This document shows, in pieces, positions 38,766 through 49,117 of a stretch of 64,000 nt of DNA (within the stretch, counting starts at the first letter, position 1; every line of letters starts with the position of its first letter). Under the pieces are notes generated by a model that worked only from the letters and a program-made list of their open reading frames with translations, was not told the DNA's origin and ran no database searches. The position numbers were made by a program, and so were the translations under genes. The DNA is from an uncultured Candidatus Actinomarina sp. (GTDB taxonomy: Bacteria > Actinomycetota > Acidimicrobiia > Actinomarinales > Actinomarinaceae): assembly GCA_902576605.1 (NCBI GenBank), contig CACGVI010000002.1, forward strand, positions 7,422 through 71,421, read 5' to 3'.

Positions 38766-39037
38766 TTGAAGATATTCTCAAACAAATCAAAAACAACATA
38801 GAAAATACAGATATTGACATAACTTCAATTTATTTTGAAATTACAGATATAAACAAAATATACAATCTTGATAGCTGCAGCTCAATAGACTCATCAATTA
38901 AATCTGAAAGATTTCTAAAATTTAAAATATCTACTAAGGACTTATTATTGATTGTTGAGGGAAAAAAACATCCGGAAGATCTTCTTTTTAATGAAAAAGT
39001 AAAAATCTCAGGAGATATTAGCATCCTATCGCCTTAG
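38762..39037 (+). CDS. small SCP2 (sterol-carrier-like) domain protein
   Basis: 91 aa. The TTG start overlaps the sdhB stop by 4 nt. The C-terminal DLLLIVEGKKHPEDLLFNEKVKISGDISIL matches the SCP2 signature shape. Confidence 0.5.
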   Translation: MIEDILKQIKNNIENTDIDITSIYFEITDINKIYNLDSCSSIDSSIKSERFLKFKISTKDLLLIVEGKKHPEDLLFNEKVKISGDISILSP

Positions 39038-39043
39038 AAAAAG

Positions 39044-39067
39044 AAAAGACGGCTCACGCCGTCTTTT
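39044..39067. terminator. bidirectional rho-independent terminator between convergent sdh operon and hup
   Basis: AAAAGACGGC-TCAC-GCCGTCTTTT. A 10 bp perfect stem with A-run and T-run flanks. Confidence 0.85.
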
Positions 39068-39088
39068 CAAATTTGATAAAAAGTGCTT

Positions 39089-39361
39089 TTAGTTTAAAGC
39101 GTCTTTTAATCCTTTTGCAGCTTTAAAAGCTGGGGCATTCTTCGCAGCAATTTGGATTGTTTCTCCTGTTGCTGGATTTCTACCTTGTCTTGCAGCCCTG
39201 TATCTTGACTCAAAGTTACCAAAACCAGCGATACTTATTTTATCGCCATTTTTCATACCATTTGTTATGCCATCGAACACGGCTTCTACAGCTCTTTTAG
39301 CGTCTGATTGTGACAACCCTACTTCTGCTGCAACAACGCTTGCTAATTGATCTTTATTCAT
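39089..39361 (-). CDS. hup: HU-family nucleoid-associated DNA-binding protein
   Basis: 90 aa with MNKDQLASVVA and GFGNFESRYRAARQGRNPATGE. Confidence 0.9.
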   Translation of the reverse strand: MNKDQLASVVAAEVGLSQSDAKRAVEAVFDGITNGMKNGDKISIAGFGNFESRYRAARQGRNPATGETIQIAAKNAPAFKAAKGLKDALN

Positions 39362-39481
39362 AGCTGTTTAGCCTTTCTTTTTTGAGTTTTTGTAAAAACT
39401 CCTTAATAACAATTATAGTTTTTTTATATGATTTGTCTTAAAATCCTAAATTTATTGAGTTTTTTTTAAAAAAGACTGAAT

Positions 39482-40420
39482 TTATTGACTTAATATGCTA
39501 TTGAGCTCATCTACTTTTGATTTAACTGCTTCTGATGCACTTTTTAATGCATTTAACTCATTACTTTTAAGTTCAATTTCAACAACTTTTGTAACACCGC
39601 TTGAACCTAGCATTGTGGGAACACCCAAAAACACGTCATTAATACCATATTCACCATTAACCCAAGAGCATGCAGGCATAATTTCATTGGAATCCGAAAG
39701 AATTGACTTTACCATAATTGCTGCAGCAGAAGACGGCGCAAAATAAGCACTACCAGTTTTCAATAAGCCAACAATTTCAGCACCTCCATCAGAAGTCTTT
39801 TGAACTAATTCTGAAATTTCATCGTCACTTAGTAAATCATTAAGAGGCTTGCCTGCAACTCTACACTGTGATGGAACAGGAACCATTGTTTCGCCATGAC
39901 TTCCTAAAGTTAATGCCTCAATTTCATTCATATTTACATTCAATTTTTCAGAAATAAAGTATGCAAAACGAGAAGTATCTAAAACGCCTGCTTGGCCAAT
40001 CACTTTATTCTTTGGCAACCCAGACACTTGGGAAACTAACATTGTCATTTGATCTAATGGATTAGTTACAACAATTATTATTGGTGATTTAGAAAAATTA
40101 AGAATATTTTTCGTAACATCGCTGACTATGTTTGCATTCACTTCAAGTAAATCCATTCTGGTCATACCTGGTTTTCTTGGTAAGCCAGCTGTAATAACTA
40201 CAACATCACTATCAGCAGTATCTTTATAATCATTTGTTCCGATTATTTTACTAGAAAAATCTTCTACGTATCTTGATTGGTTCATATCTAATGCAAGTCC
40301 TTGTGGAAGGCCCTCAACAATGTCCGTCATCACAACAGAATCAACAAGGTCATACTCAGCAACTCTAAGTGCAGTCATTGAGCCATATTTTCCAGCGCCA
40401 ACTATGGTTACTTTTTTCAT
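39482..40420 (-). CDS. mdh: malate dehydrogenase (LDH-like family)
   Basis: 312 aa with VTIVGAGKYG, ITAGLPRKPGMTRMDLL and GSHGETMVP. Confidence 0.9.
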   Translation of the reverse strand: MKKVTIVGAGKYGSMTALRVAEYDLVDSVVMTDIVEGLPQGLALDMNQSRYVEDFSSKIIGTNDYKDTADSDVVVITAGLPRKPGMTRMDLLEVNANIVSDVTKNILNFSKSPIIIVVTNPLDQMTMLVSQVSGLPKNKVIGQAGVLDTSRFAYFISEKLNVNMNEIEALTLGSHGETMVPVPSQCRVAGKPLNDLLSDDEISELVQKTSDGGAEIVGLLKTGSAYFAPSSAAAIMVKSILSDSNEIMPACSWVNGEYGINDVFLGVPTMLGSSGVTKVVEIELKSNELNALKSASEAVKSKVDELNSILSQ

Positions 40421-41659
40421 TTATTTAAAACCCTCTATATTTTCAACCAGATTTGCAGCAAAATTAGATGATGATAATGTTTTAGCATCTGATCGACCTC
40501 TAGCAAGATCGTAAGTAACATTTCCTTCACTAATTGATTTCTCCATTGCTTTAATAATGAGATCTGCAGCTTCATTCCACCCCATATATCTGAACATCAT
40601 TTCTCCCGACAATATTAACGAACCGGGATTGGCTTTATCTTGTCCAGCATGTTTTGGTGCAGTTCCATGAGTAGCCTCAAAAACTGATTTACCATTTTCA
40701 TAATTAATATTTCCTCCAGGACTAATTCCAATTCCACCTATCTGTGCAGCTAATGCATCAGATGCATAGTCACCATTTAAATTTGTTGTGGCTATAACAT
40801 CAAATTCCTGAGGTTTGATTAATACTTGCTGTAAAAATGCATCTGCAATAACATCCTGTACCAAAATTTTATCTCCTGCATCACCACTACAGTCTTCCCA
40901 AGAAATTGCTACATCAGAAAATTCATTTTTCACTAGTTCATAGCCCCAGGCTCTAAAAGCTCCTTCTGTAAATTTCATAATGTTTCCCTTATGTACAATG
41001 GCTAGATTTTTTTTATTATTTTCAACAGCATAATTAAGTGCAGATCGAATAAGTCTCTCGGAGGCAGTTTTTGAAATAGGTTTAATTCCAATTCCACTAT
41101 CATGTCTAATTTCCCAATTGAATTCTTCTTTTAAAAATTTATTTAATTTACCAACATCTTCTGAGTTCACTTCTAACTCTTTTCCTGAATAAACATCTTC
41201 AGTATTTTCACGAAATAATGCAATATCTACGTTTCCTGGATTTTTTGTTGGCGTTTCAACCCCCTTAAACCATCTAAGTGGCCTCAAACATGCATATAAG
41301 TCTAATTTTTGCCTAATTGCAACATTGATTGACCTAATTCCTCCTCCGACTGGGGTTGTGAGCGGTCCTTTTATGCCGATTCCAAATTCATCAAACATTT
41401 CGATTGTTTTTTCTGGTAACCATTCATTTACATTATCAAATGCTTTTTGACCAGCTAGTACTTCTTGCCATTCAATCTTTCTACCGTTTGTATAAGCTTT
41501 TTCAACAGCAGCATCGAAAACTCTCTGTGAAGCAGGCCAAATATCTATACCTATACCATCTCCTTCAATAAAAGGTACAACGGGTTTATCTGTATCGAAT
41601 GAATCTCTGGTTTTTTGAATCGCTAATTCTAAATCTTTCCTACTTAAATTTTCATTCAT
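40421..41659 (-). CDS. icd: NADP-dependent isocitrate dehydrogenase (homodimeric type)
   Basis: 412 aa with [35 protein letters not shown] and [11 protein letters not shown]. Confidence 0.9.
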   Translation of the reverse strand: MNENLSRKDLELAIQKTRDSFDTDKPVVPFIEGDGIGIDIWPASQRVFDAAVEKAYTNGRKIEWQEVLAGQKAFDNVNEWLPEKTIEMFDEFGIGIKGPLTTPVGGGIRSINVAIRQKLDLYACLRPLRWFKGVETPTKNPGNVDIALFRENTEDVYSGKELEVNSEDVGKLNKFLKEEFNWEIRHDSGIGIKPISKTASERLIRSALNYAVENNKKNLAIVHKGNIMKFTEGAFRAWGYELVKNEFSDVAISWEDCSGDAGDKILVQDVIADAFLQQVLIKPQEFDVIATTNLNGDYASDALAAQIGGIGISPGGNINYENGKSVFEATHGTAPKHAGQDKANPGSLILSGEMMFRYMGWNEAADLIIKAMEKSISEGNVTYDLARGRSDAKTLSSSNFAANLVENIEGFK

Positions 41660-42525
41660 ACAACATCCTTAATAGCCTGACCAATTTTTGTTGGATTTTC
41701 AACGACATTTGCACCAGCATCAGTTAGTGCTTCAATTTTAGCACTAGCAGTACCTTTATTTCCAGAAACAATTGCTCCAGCATGACCCATTTTTTTACCA
41801 GGTGGAGCTGTAAGTCCTGCAATGTAAGAAACAACAGGTTTAGTTACATTGTTCTTAATAAACTCTGCTGCTTCCTCTTCAGCGCTTCCACCTATTTCAC
41901 CAATCATTACAATGGCTTCTGTCTGTGAATCGTTTTGAAAAGCATCAAGGACATCTATAAAAGACGTGCCTGGAACAGGATCTCCCCCAATGCCAATACA
42001 AGTTGATTGGCCTATGTTTAAATTTGTTAATTCAAGAACTGCTTGATAAGTTAGAGTTCCAGACCTGGATACAACACCAACGTTTCCCTCCATAGTAATT
42101 TCATGAGGCATGATTCCAACATTAGATTTACCTGGAGAAATTAATCCAGGACAATTTGGACCAAGTAATCTTGAAGATGTTTTTTCCTTTAAGAGGTCAT
42201 ACATTTCTGCCTCATCTTTAGCAGGAATTCCTTCAGTTATACAGACTATTAAATCACACCCAGCATAGGCAGCTTCCAAAACTGCATCTTTTGCAAATGG
42301 CGGTGGGACAAATGTCATAGCGGTATTTGCTCCTGTTGCCTCTACAGCTTCTTCAACTGTATTGAAAATTGGAATTCCTTCTACAGATTCTCCTCCCTTA
42401 CCAGGTCTGGTACCCGCAGCAACTTTTGTACCATAATCCCTATTTCTCAATGCATGAAATTTTCCCTGTTCTCCAGTAAGTCCTTGTACTACAACTTTTG
42501 TTTCATTATCAATAAAGATAGACAT
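41656..42525 (-). CDS. sucD: succinyl-CoA synthetase alpha subunit
   Basis: [18 protein letters not shown] and [10 protein letters not shown] (phospho-His). Confidence 0.95.
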   Translation of the reverse strand: MSIFIDNETKVVVQGLTGEQGKFHALRNRDYGTKVAAGTRPGKGGESVEGIPIFNTVEEAVEATGANTAMTFVPPPFAKDAVLEAAYAGCDLIVCITEGIPAKDEAEMYDLLKEKTSSRLLGPNCPGLISPGKSNVGIMPHEITMEGNVGVVSRSGTLTYQAVLELTNLNIGQSTCIGIGGDPVPGTSFIDVLDAFQNDSQTEAIVMIGEIGGSAEEEAAEFIKNNVTKPVVSYIAGLTAPPGKKMGHAGAIVSGNKGTASAKIEALTDAGANVVENPTKIGQAIKDVV

Positions 42526-43658
42526 TAAATTGCTCCCTCAACTGCTAACTTAGCTGCTTCATCCATAGAGCTAGAAATTGTAATTTTTTCATTTGTATTT
42601 TGTTCCAAAATAGATAATCCCTCTTTTGAGTTAGTTCCATCAAGCCTTACAATTATCGGCCATTTAAGTTCTTTACCTTTAGTGGCTTCAACTATGCCAT
42701 TGGCTACAAGGTCGCACCTTGTAATTCCCCCAAAGATATTAATTAGTACACTTTTAACATTATCTTCTGATTCCAATACTTCAAGTGCTGCCGTAACAGT
42801 CTCTGCTTTTGCGCCACCACCTATATCTAAAAAGTTTGCTGCCATTCCACCATGTTCAGATACAACATCAAGCGTAGACATCACTAATCCTGCACCATTA
42901 CCAATAATTCCAACACTCCCCTCAAGCTTTATAAAATTAAGGTTTTTTTCTTTGGCAAATTGCTCAGAAACTGGAATAGGTATTTCATTTTCGAAATCTT
43001 TAAAATTTTCGTGTCTATAAATAGCATTCATATCTAGTGAAACTTTTGAATCTAAGGCAGAAACTCCATTGTCTGTAATTGCTAGTGGATTAACCTCAAC
43101 TAAATCACAATCACCTTCTACAAATAATTTGTATAAGTTTGAAATAACATCACTTAATTCAGCTTTATAACTTTCATTGAGTTTTGCTTTCTCTATTGAC
43201 TTAATGATTGTTTCCGAATCTAACCCTTTGGACGGAGATATATGAAGCATTATTAAGTCGTCTGGGTTCTTTTCTGCTACTTCTTCAATATCCATACCTC
43301 CTTTTGCACTGAGCATCATTAAGTAGGATTTTGCTGATCTATCAAGTGTGAAAGAAATATAATACTCTTCTAATATATTTGAAGCCTCTTCAATTAAGAG
43401 ACTTTCCACAATATGGCCTTTGATATCCATCCCTAAAATTTCACCTGAAAATATGGTAAGTTCATCAAAATCTTTTGCGACTTTGATGCCTCCAGCTTTA
43501 CCTCTTCCTCCTACTTGAACTTGAGCCTTAACTACAACGGGATATGTTAGTCCATGATTATCAGAAATTTCAGATATCCTAGATACAAAAATAGATTTGG
43601 GTGTTGGAATAAAAAAGTCTTGATAAAGTCTTTTACCTTGGTATTCAAAAAGATTCAT
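42525..43658 (-). CDS. sucC: succinyl-CoA synthetase beta subunit
   Basis: [25 protein letters not shown] and [11 protein letters not shown]. Confidence 0.95.
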   Translation of the reverse strand: MNLFEYQGKRLYQDFFIPTPKSIFVSRISEISDNHGLTYPVVVKAQVQVGGRGKAGGIKVAKDFDELTIFSGEILGMDIKGHIVESLLIEEASNILEEYYISFTLDRSAKSYLMMLSAKGGMDIEEVAEKNPDDLIMLHISPSKGLDSETIIKSIEKAKLNESYKAELSDVISNLYKLFVEGDCDLVEVNPLAITDNGVSALDSKVSLDMNAIYRHENFKDFENEIPIPVSEQFAKEKNLNFIKLEGSVGIIGNGAGLVMSTLDVVSEHGGMAANFLDIGGGAKAETVTAALEVLESEDNVKSVLINIFGGITRCDLVANGIVEATKGKELKWPIIVRLDGTNSKEGLSILEQNTNEKITISSSMDEAAKLAVEGAI

Positions 43659-43710
43659 AATGTTATAACAAGAGTATAGATTACAAAAAAATAAGATTTA
43701 TGCTGTGTGT

Positions 43711-45852
43711 TTATAGAAATTTTATTGGAGCCCATTCTATGTCCAAATATTTAGTCCCTATATTGTCTGAAAATTCAACAGTAATTTCATTTCCTTGAAC
43801 TTCCTTTACTACCCCTTCTCCGTATTTTTCATGAAGAATTTTTTGTCCAACTGATGACGAATTATTTTTTTCATTTACCTCTTGAAATTCTGGAGAAAAA
43901 TCTTTAGTTTCAAAATGTTCTGATCCTTCATCTAAAAATCTACTCGGTAAATTGTATGTTGTACCACCCCACAGAGTTCTAGACCAAGCATGGGATAAGT
44001 AAAGCTTTTTTTCTGCTCTAGTTACACCAACATAACAAAGTCTTCTCTCTTCTTCAATTTCAGATTGATCACCCTGTGAGCTTCTCTCGTGTGGAAATAA
44101 ATTTTCTTCCATTCCAGTCATAAATACGTAAGGAAACTCTAGACCTTTAGCATTGTGCAATGTCATTAATAAAACTTTATCTGAATCTTTAAGTTCATCA
44201 GTTTCTGAAAAAAGCGCTATGGATTCAAGATAATCTCTCAATTTTGCATAGGGTTCATCAATCTCATCTTCATAAAGATTTTCAAAATTATATGCAGAAT
44301 TTAATAGCTCCTCTATATTTTCAAGTCTCATTTGTGATTCCATTGTTCCTTCTTTAATGAGATTCATTTTATAGCCAGTTAAGTCGATAATTTTTTCGAT
44401 AGATTTTGATGGTCCTTCCAATGAAAATGTTTTTAAATCTAAAATTAAATTTTTGAATTCAATCAATTTATTTTTTATTCTTGGAGATATATTCTCAACC
44501 TGTTCAATGTTTTGCAACAACTCGAAAATCGACATTTCATTTTTGTCGATATAATCTCGTAGCTTCTTGACACTTGACTCACCGATCCCTCTTTTTGGAA
44601 CATTGACAATCCTTTCAAAAGACACTACATCATTTTCATTTACTAGAAATTTTAAATATGAAGTTATATCTTTTATCTCTTTTCTGTCATAAAACCTAAC
44701 GCTTCCAATTAGCTTGTGATTTATATTTAATTTTCTTAATTCTTCTTCAAATAATCTCGATTGACTATTGGTTCTGTAGAAAATTGCAACTTCTGCTTCT
44801 TTATCGTTTTTAATAATTTCCTTAACTTCTTCAGCTACCCACCTGGATTCATCTTTTTCAGATCTAAATCTCAAAGAACTTATTTCAAGACCATCTTCGT
44901 TATCAGTCCAAAGATTTTTTTTAATTTTTCTTGGATTATTTGAAATAATTGTGTTTGCTAAATCTAATATTTTTTTTGTAGATCTATAATTTTTATCGAG
45001 TTGAATTATCTTGGCATTTTTAAAATCTTTTTCAAACTCAATAATATTCCTTATATCGGCACCTCTAAAAGCATAAATACTTTGATCAGAATCACCAACA
45101 ACACATACATTTTGGTTGTTTGAACTCAATAGTTCAACAAGCTTATATTGAACATTATTTGTATCTTGATATTCATCTACCATGACAAATTGAAATTTAT
45201 TTGACCAATAATGTAGTATTGCGTCATTTGTTTGTAAAAGTTCTACAGTTTTGATTAATAAATCATCGAAATCCATGGAGTTAGCCAAAATTAATTTCTT
45301 TTCATAGCTCGAATATATTTCTGCAACTTTGACCTCAAAAAATGATTCTGCGTTTTGTAATGCCTCTCCCGGTGAAATCATATTATTTTTTAAATTTGAA
45401 ATATGAGCTTGAAATCTTTTTGGTGAGTACTGCTTTAAATCAACATTATTTTCTGACATACAGTTTCTTACTACTTTGTTTGAATCTGATTGATCATAAA
45501 TTGAAAAATTATTTCTATAACCAATTTTATCACCATGAATTCTCAGAATTTTTACACACAAGCTATGAAAAGTAGATATCCATTTAGGAGATATTTTTAA
45601 GTTCAATAAATTACCAATACGTAATTTCATTTCCTCAGCGGCTTTGTTGGTAAATGTAATGGCTAAAATCTGCTCTATATCAACTTTGTGCTGTTCAACC
45701 AAATGAGCATATCTATGTGTTAATACTCTTGTTTTACCAGATCCTGCTCCAGCCATAATTAAGACGGGACCATTAATAGTAGTTACAGCTTCAATCTGAC
45801 TTTCATTTAAAATATTTTTCCAGGCTTCAGGAATTTGATGAACTGACGACAT
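43711..45852 (-). CDS. pcrA: ATP-dependent DNA helicase PcrA/UvrD family
   Basis: AGAGSGKTRVLTHR, VDEYQDTN, YRS and VGVTRAEKKLYLS. Confidence 0.9.
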   Translation of the reverse strand: MSSVHQIPEAWKNILNESQIEAVTTINGPVLIMAGAGSGKTRVLTHRYAHLVEQHKVDIEQILAITFTNKAAEEMKLRIGNLLNLKISPKWISTFHSLCVKILRIHGDKIGYRNNFSIYDQSDSNKVVRNCMSENNVDLKQYSPKRFQAHISNLKNNMISPGEALQNAESFFEVKVAEIYSSYEKKLILANSMDFDDLLIKTVELLQTNDAILHYWSNKFQFVMVDEYQDTNNVQYKLVELLSSNNQNVCVVGDSDQSIYAFRGADIRNIIEFEKDFKNAKIIQLDKNYRSTKKILDLANTIISNNPRKIKKNLWTDNEDGLEISSLRFRSEKDESRWVAEEVKEIIKNDKEAEVAIFYRTNSQSRLFEEELRKLNINHKLIGSVRFYDRKEIKDITSYLKFLVNENDVVSFERIVNVPKRGIGESSVKKLRDYIDKNEMSIFELLQNIEQVENISPRIKNKLIEFKNLILDLKTFSLEGPSKSIEKIIDLTGYKMNLIKEGTMESQMRLENIEELLNSAYNFENLYEDEIDEPYAKLRDYLESIALFSETDELKDSDKVLLMTLHNAKGLEFPYVFMTGMEENLFPHERSSQGDQSEIEEERRLCYVGVTRAEKKLYLSHAWSRTLWGGTTYNLPSRFLDEGSEHFETKDFSPEFQEVNEKNNSSSVGQKILHEKYGEGVVKEVQGNEITVEFSDNIGTKYLDIEWAPIKFL

Positions 45853-45889
45853 TAAAGAAAAGACACTACTTGCAAGAATGAAAATATTT

Positions 45890-46864
45890 TCAACTTATAC
45901 CTAAAGCTTCTTCAACTTCAATAATTGTTTTTTGAGCAGAATCTTTTGCTGATTTTAAATTTGATACAACAATATCCTCTAAATTATCACTGGTTAAGTC
46001 ATCAAAATTATTTTTTATTGGGTCAAGATAGTCAATTACTGTTTCAGCAACTGCTATTTTAAATTCCCCATATTGAGAATTTTCAAACTCTTTTTCTGTA
46101 TCAGATATCTCTTTATCATTAACTGCAGCATAAATTTCAATCAAATTACTAATACCTGGTTTATTTTTAGGATCGTACCTAACAATGTTTTCAGAATCAG
46201 TAACTGAAGATTTAAATTTTTTTAATATGTTGTCTTTTTCGTCATTAAAGTAAATAGTTCCATTTATATCATCAGAGCTTTTAGACATTTTATTTTCTGG
46301 ATGTCTTAGAGACATCAAACGAGCACCTGATTTTCCACTTGTTTTTTCAGGTATTGGAAATATTTCACCATAATTTGTATTAAAACGCTCTGCTATATTT
46401 CTAGTCAATTCAAGGTGTTGAGTTTGATCATCTCCTACGGGAACTTCATTAGCTTTGTGTATTAAAATATCAGAAGCCATCAAGATCGGATATGTCAATA
46501 AACCTGAGTGAGTACCAAAAGAAGAAGCTTTTTCCTTAAACTGAGTCATTCGTTGTAGCTCTCCTACTTGGCAGAAATTAGACAGTATCCAAGAAAGATA
46601 GGCGTGTTCCTGAAGATTACTTTGTGTATATATGACCGAAGTTTTAGTATTAATTCCTGAAGCTACAAGTACCTTTAAAGTATCATTTATACTTTTTTTA
46701 AGATCATTCTTATTAGGTAGTCCTGTTAATGAATGTAGGTCAACTATACAAAAGTAATTTTTACTGTTTTCATTTGATAGCTTAACCCAATTATTAATTG
46801 CACCAAGTAAATTGCCTAGATGCACTAAGCCACTTGGTTGTATACCAGAAAAAACTGTTTTCAT
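45890..46864 (-). CDS. trpS: tryptophan--tRNA ligase
   Basis: FSGIQPSGLVHLGN, GDDQTQHLELTR and KMSKS. Confidence 0.95.
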   Translation of the reverse strand: MKTVFSGIQPSGLVHLGNLLGAINNWVKLSNENSKNYFCIVDLHSLTGLPNKNDLKKSINDTLKVLVASGINTKTSVIYTQSNLQEHAYLSWILSNFCQVGELQRMTQFKEKASSFGTHSGLLTYPILMASDILIHKANEVPVGDDQTQHLELTRNIAERFNTNYGEIFPIPEKTSGKSGARLMSLRHPENKMSKSSDDINGTIYFNDEKDNILKKFKSSVTDSENIVRYDPKNKPGISNLIEIYAAVNDKEISDTEKEFENSQYGEFKIAVAETVIDYLDPIKNNFDDLTSDNLEDIVVSNLKSAKDSAQKTIIEVEEALGIS

Positions 46865-46905
46865 ATCTGCTATTCTAATAAACTAAATCAAATTGGAGAG
46901 TTTTT

Positions 46906-47811
46906 ATAAAATCCGAATATAAGTTATCAGCAAACGCAGGATTAATAAACATAGTAATAATTGGAATTTTATTTGGATTTCATGGTTTGCTAAATAGAAG
47001 TTTATTAGTAGATGGTGTAAATGAAATTTTTGTTGTTGCTACAAGAATATCGCTAGTCACTTTTTTACTTACTTTATATTGTGCTAAAGAGTTCTTTTCT
47101 GAAATCAATAAAGAGTACTTTTTGAAAGGAACTTTAACTGGGTTTTTAGCAATTACTATTCCCGGGTGGACTTTTATCTATGCTTTAAAAAGCATCTCTT
47201 CAGGTCTTCAAAGTATTTTTATTTCAACAATTCCTATGTTTACAGTCTTCTGGGTTTTTTTTGTTTATAAAGAAGAAAAAATTACACGACTTAAAGTTAT
47301 TTCAGTATTTATAGGTCTTAGTGGACTAATTTTACTTTTTGCCTCTGGAGCTACTGGTCTATCAAATGATGGAGATCTCATAACTGGAGGATTACTAGCA
47401 CTAATTGGTGTACAGGGACTTGCATTAAGCAATATTACAAATAAAAAAGACTCTCAATACATTCCTGCGAGAACTTATCTATTAGCTCAATGGATAGCAA
47501 GCACAGCTTTTTCATTAATTTTGTTTTTTATTCTTGGAGGGGAAGTTGAAATTTTAAATCGTTCTCAGGCCCTAAGGTTATCTGGCTTAGTTTTTATAGA
47601 CATCTTTAACTACTCTCTTTTCTTTTATACAATTAAAAGACTTTCGGCTACGTTTACAACTCTGGTTGATTATGTTGTGCCAATAGTAGGAATTTATGTT
47701 GGCTATATTTTTCTGGATGAAGTAATTAATAATATCTTTTTTGTAACATTATTTTTTATATTTATTTCACTTTACTTAGCAGTTAAGGATGAAGCTCGGA
47801 GTCTTGATTAA
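46906..47811 (+). CDS. EamA/DMT-family transporter, probable ATA start
   Basis: The track ORF starts at TTG 46987, inside what reads as TM helix 1. The frame is open back to 46882 and encodes ...NAGLINIVIIGILFGFHGLL. GGAGAG (46895..46900) lies 5 nt before an in-frame ATA at 46906. Total 301 aa, consistent with 10-TM DMT proteins. Confidence 0.6.
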   Translation: MKSEYKLSANAGLINIVIIGILFGFHGLLNRSLLVDGVNEIFVVATRISLVTFLLTLYCAKEFFSEINKEYFLKGTLTGFLAITIPGWTFIYALKSISSGLQSIFISTIPMFTVFWVFFVYKEEKITRLKVISVFIGLSGLILLFASGATGLSNDGDLITGGLLALIGVQGLALSNITNKKDSQYIPARTYLLAQWIASTAFSLILFFILGGEVEILNRSQALRLSGLVFIDIFNYSLFFYTIKRLSATFTTLVDYVVPIVGIYVGYIFLDEVINNIFFVTLFFIFISLYLAVKDEARSLD

Positions 47812-48334
47812 AATCTAAATCAAGATTTAATATATTTATAATCATTTTTGCCGTTGCACCCCACAAAATTTCGTTATCAATATGAAAAATCCAATCATTT
47901 GGATACAGACCTCTGTATACCCAATTTTTTTCTAACTTTAAATCATCAATTGATGCGTATAAAACTTTTTGAACTTCATTTTTGTTGAACTTTTTTGGTT
48001 TGTTTTCCAACAGGCAGAGAATAGGGTAAACTTCAAATTTGTACTCTACTGTGTCAACAGAGTCTATGTAGCCAAATGGAGTAATTAAATTATCAGATAT
48101 CAATAATTCCTCTGTTGCTTCACGTACTGCGGTATGAATAATACTTTTATCATTTTTTTCTTTTTTTCCACCAGGAAATGCTATATGTCCCTTGTGTGTA
48201 GGCATGTTTTCTGATCTCTTTATAAATAGAATTTCAACTTCATCAAAAAATAAAACAGCTACCGAAGCATAATTATTTTTTGTGTTTTCAACAGAGCTAT
48301 CTAATTTTTTATAAATTAATTTATTTTTTACCAA
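47783..48334 (-). CDS. NUDIX hydrolase (CoA-pyrophosphatase-like)
   Basis: Nudix box GGKKEKNDKSIIHTAVREATEEL. Confidence 0.75.
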   Translation of the reverse strand: MVKNKLIYKKLDSSVENTKNNYASVAVLFFDEVEILFIKRSENMPTHKGHIAFPGGKKEKNDKSIIHTAVREATEELLISDNLITPFGYIDSVDTVEYKFEVYPILCLLENKPKKFNKNEVQKVLYASIDDLKLEKNWVYRGLYPNDWIFHIDNEILWGATAKMIINILNLDLDFNQDSELHP

Positions 48335-48335
48335 T

Positions 48336-49049
48336 TTATTTTTGCTTTGCGACCAAATCTACTGTCAAACCTATTGGATTCAAAACTTCCCATGCATTAA
48401 ATTTAGTTGGAGCATCGAAACCAAACCAAGTAGTGTCGATTTCTGAGAATCCTTGAATACGTATTTCATCACCCACTAGTGATGCTGTAATAGAAAACGG
48501 TGTGTCTAACTCTATTTCTCTAATTGACAATTTACCAACTATTGTATCATCAACTTTAGAATCAAAATTTTTATTTGGAATAACCAATTCATCTATCTTA
48601 AATACAGCCTCTGGAAATAATTTTGATTCAAGCCATTGAGATTTAATTGCTGAATCCCTAATTGAGTTATTACTTTTTAGAGTAGAGATGTCCACACGAA
48701 TCAACAAATTTGTTATGTATAGACAAGAATCGGATTGGTCGCATTCAGATAGTTCAAGAGTAAATTCTCCAATAATCTCACTTGTAACACCTTCTACTGT
48801 CTCAAGGCCAGAATTCAAAAATTGCTTTGGAGCTAAATAACCTACCCTGCTTTTTTCTTTTAGAATTTCATAAACTGTACCCTCAAAAGAATCTAATTGT
48901 ACAATTTCAGTAGTAGTTGTAGATTCCTCTTCAATAGAAACTGCTACTTCTGTTGTGTCAGTACTAATAGCTTCAGGTTGAGGTGTTTGTTCAGAATTAT
49001 CACCACAAAAAGCTACTAGTAGGAATAAAACAATAAAATATTTTTTCAT
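48336..49049 (-). CDS. YceI-like domain lipoprotein
   Basis: Signal peptide LLVAFCG and SNNSIRDSAIKSQWLESKLFPEAVFK, typical of YceI. Confidence 0.65.
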   Translation of the reverse strand: MKKYFIVLFLLVAFCGDNSEQTPQPEAISTDTTEVAVSIEEESTTTTEIVQLDSFEGTVYEILKEKSRVGYLAPKQFLNSGLETVEGVTSEIIGEFTLELSECDQSDSCLYITNLLIRVDISTLKSNNSIRDSAIKSQWLESKLFPEAVFKIDELVIPNKNFDSKVDDTIVGKLSIREIELDTPFSITASLVGDEIRIQGFSEIDTTWFGFDAPTKFNAWEVLNPIGLTVDLVAKQK

Positions 49050-49117
49050 TTTGCTAATTTTAATGATATTTATTTAAATATTTGATATCAAGGCAATTCT
49101 TTTTTTAAAATACAATT

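Noticed and set aside
39412-39417. A perfect TATAAT (reverse strand) upstream of hup, considered as a promoter call.
   Set aside because: TATAAT-like hexamers are expected by chance in DNA this AT-rich, and the -35 match is weak (TTAAGA). This is not enough to report as a feature.
42682-43020. A 112-aa plus-strand ORF inside sucC. Similar cases are 62362..62850 in aroF, 63334..63654 over aroH, 60342..60596 in aroA and 19119..19418 in uppP.
   Set aside because: All are antisense to strongly supported genes. They show the Ser/Pro/Ile-rich bias expected of shadow frames.
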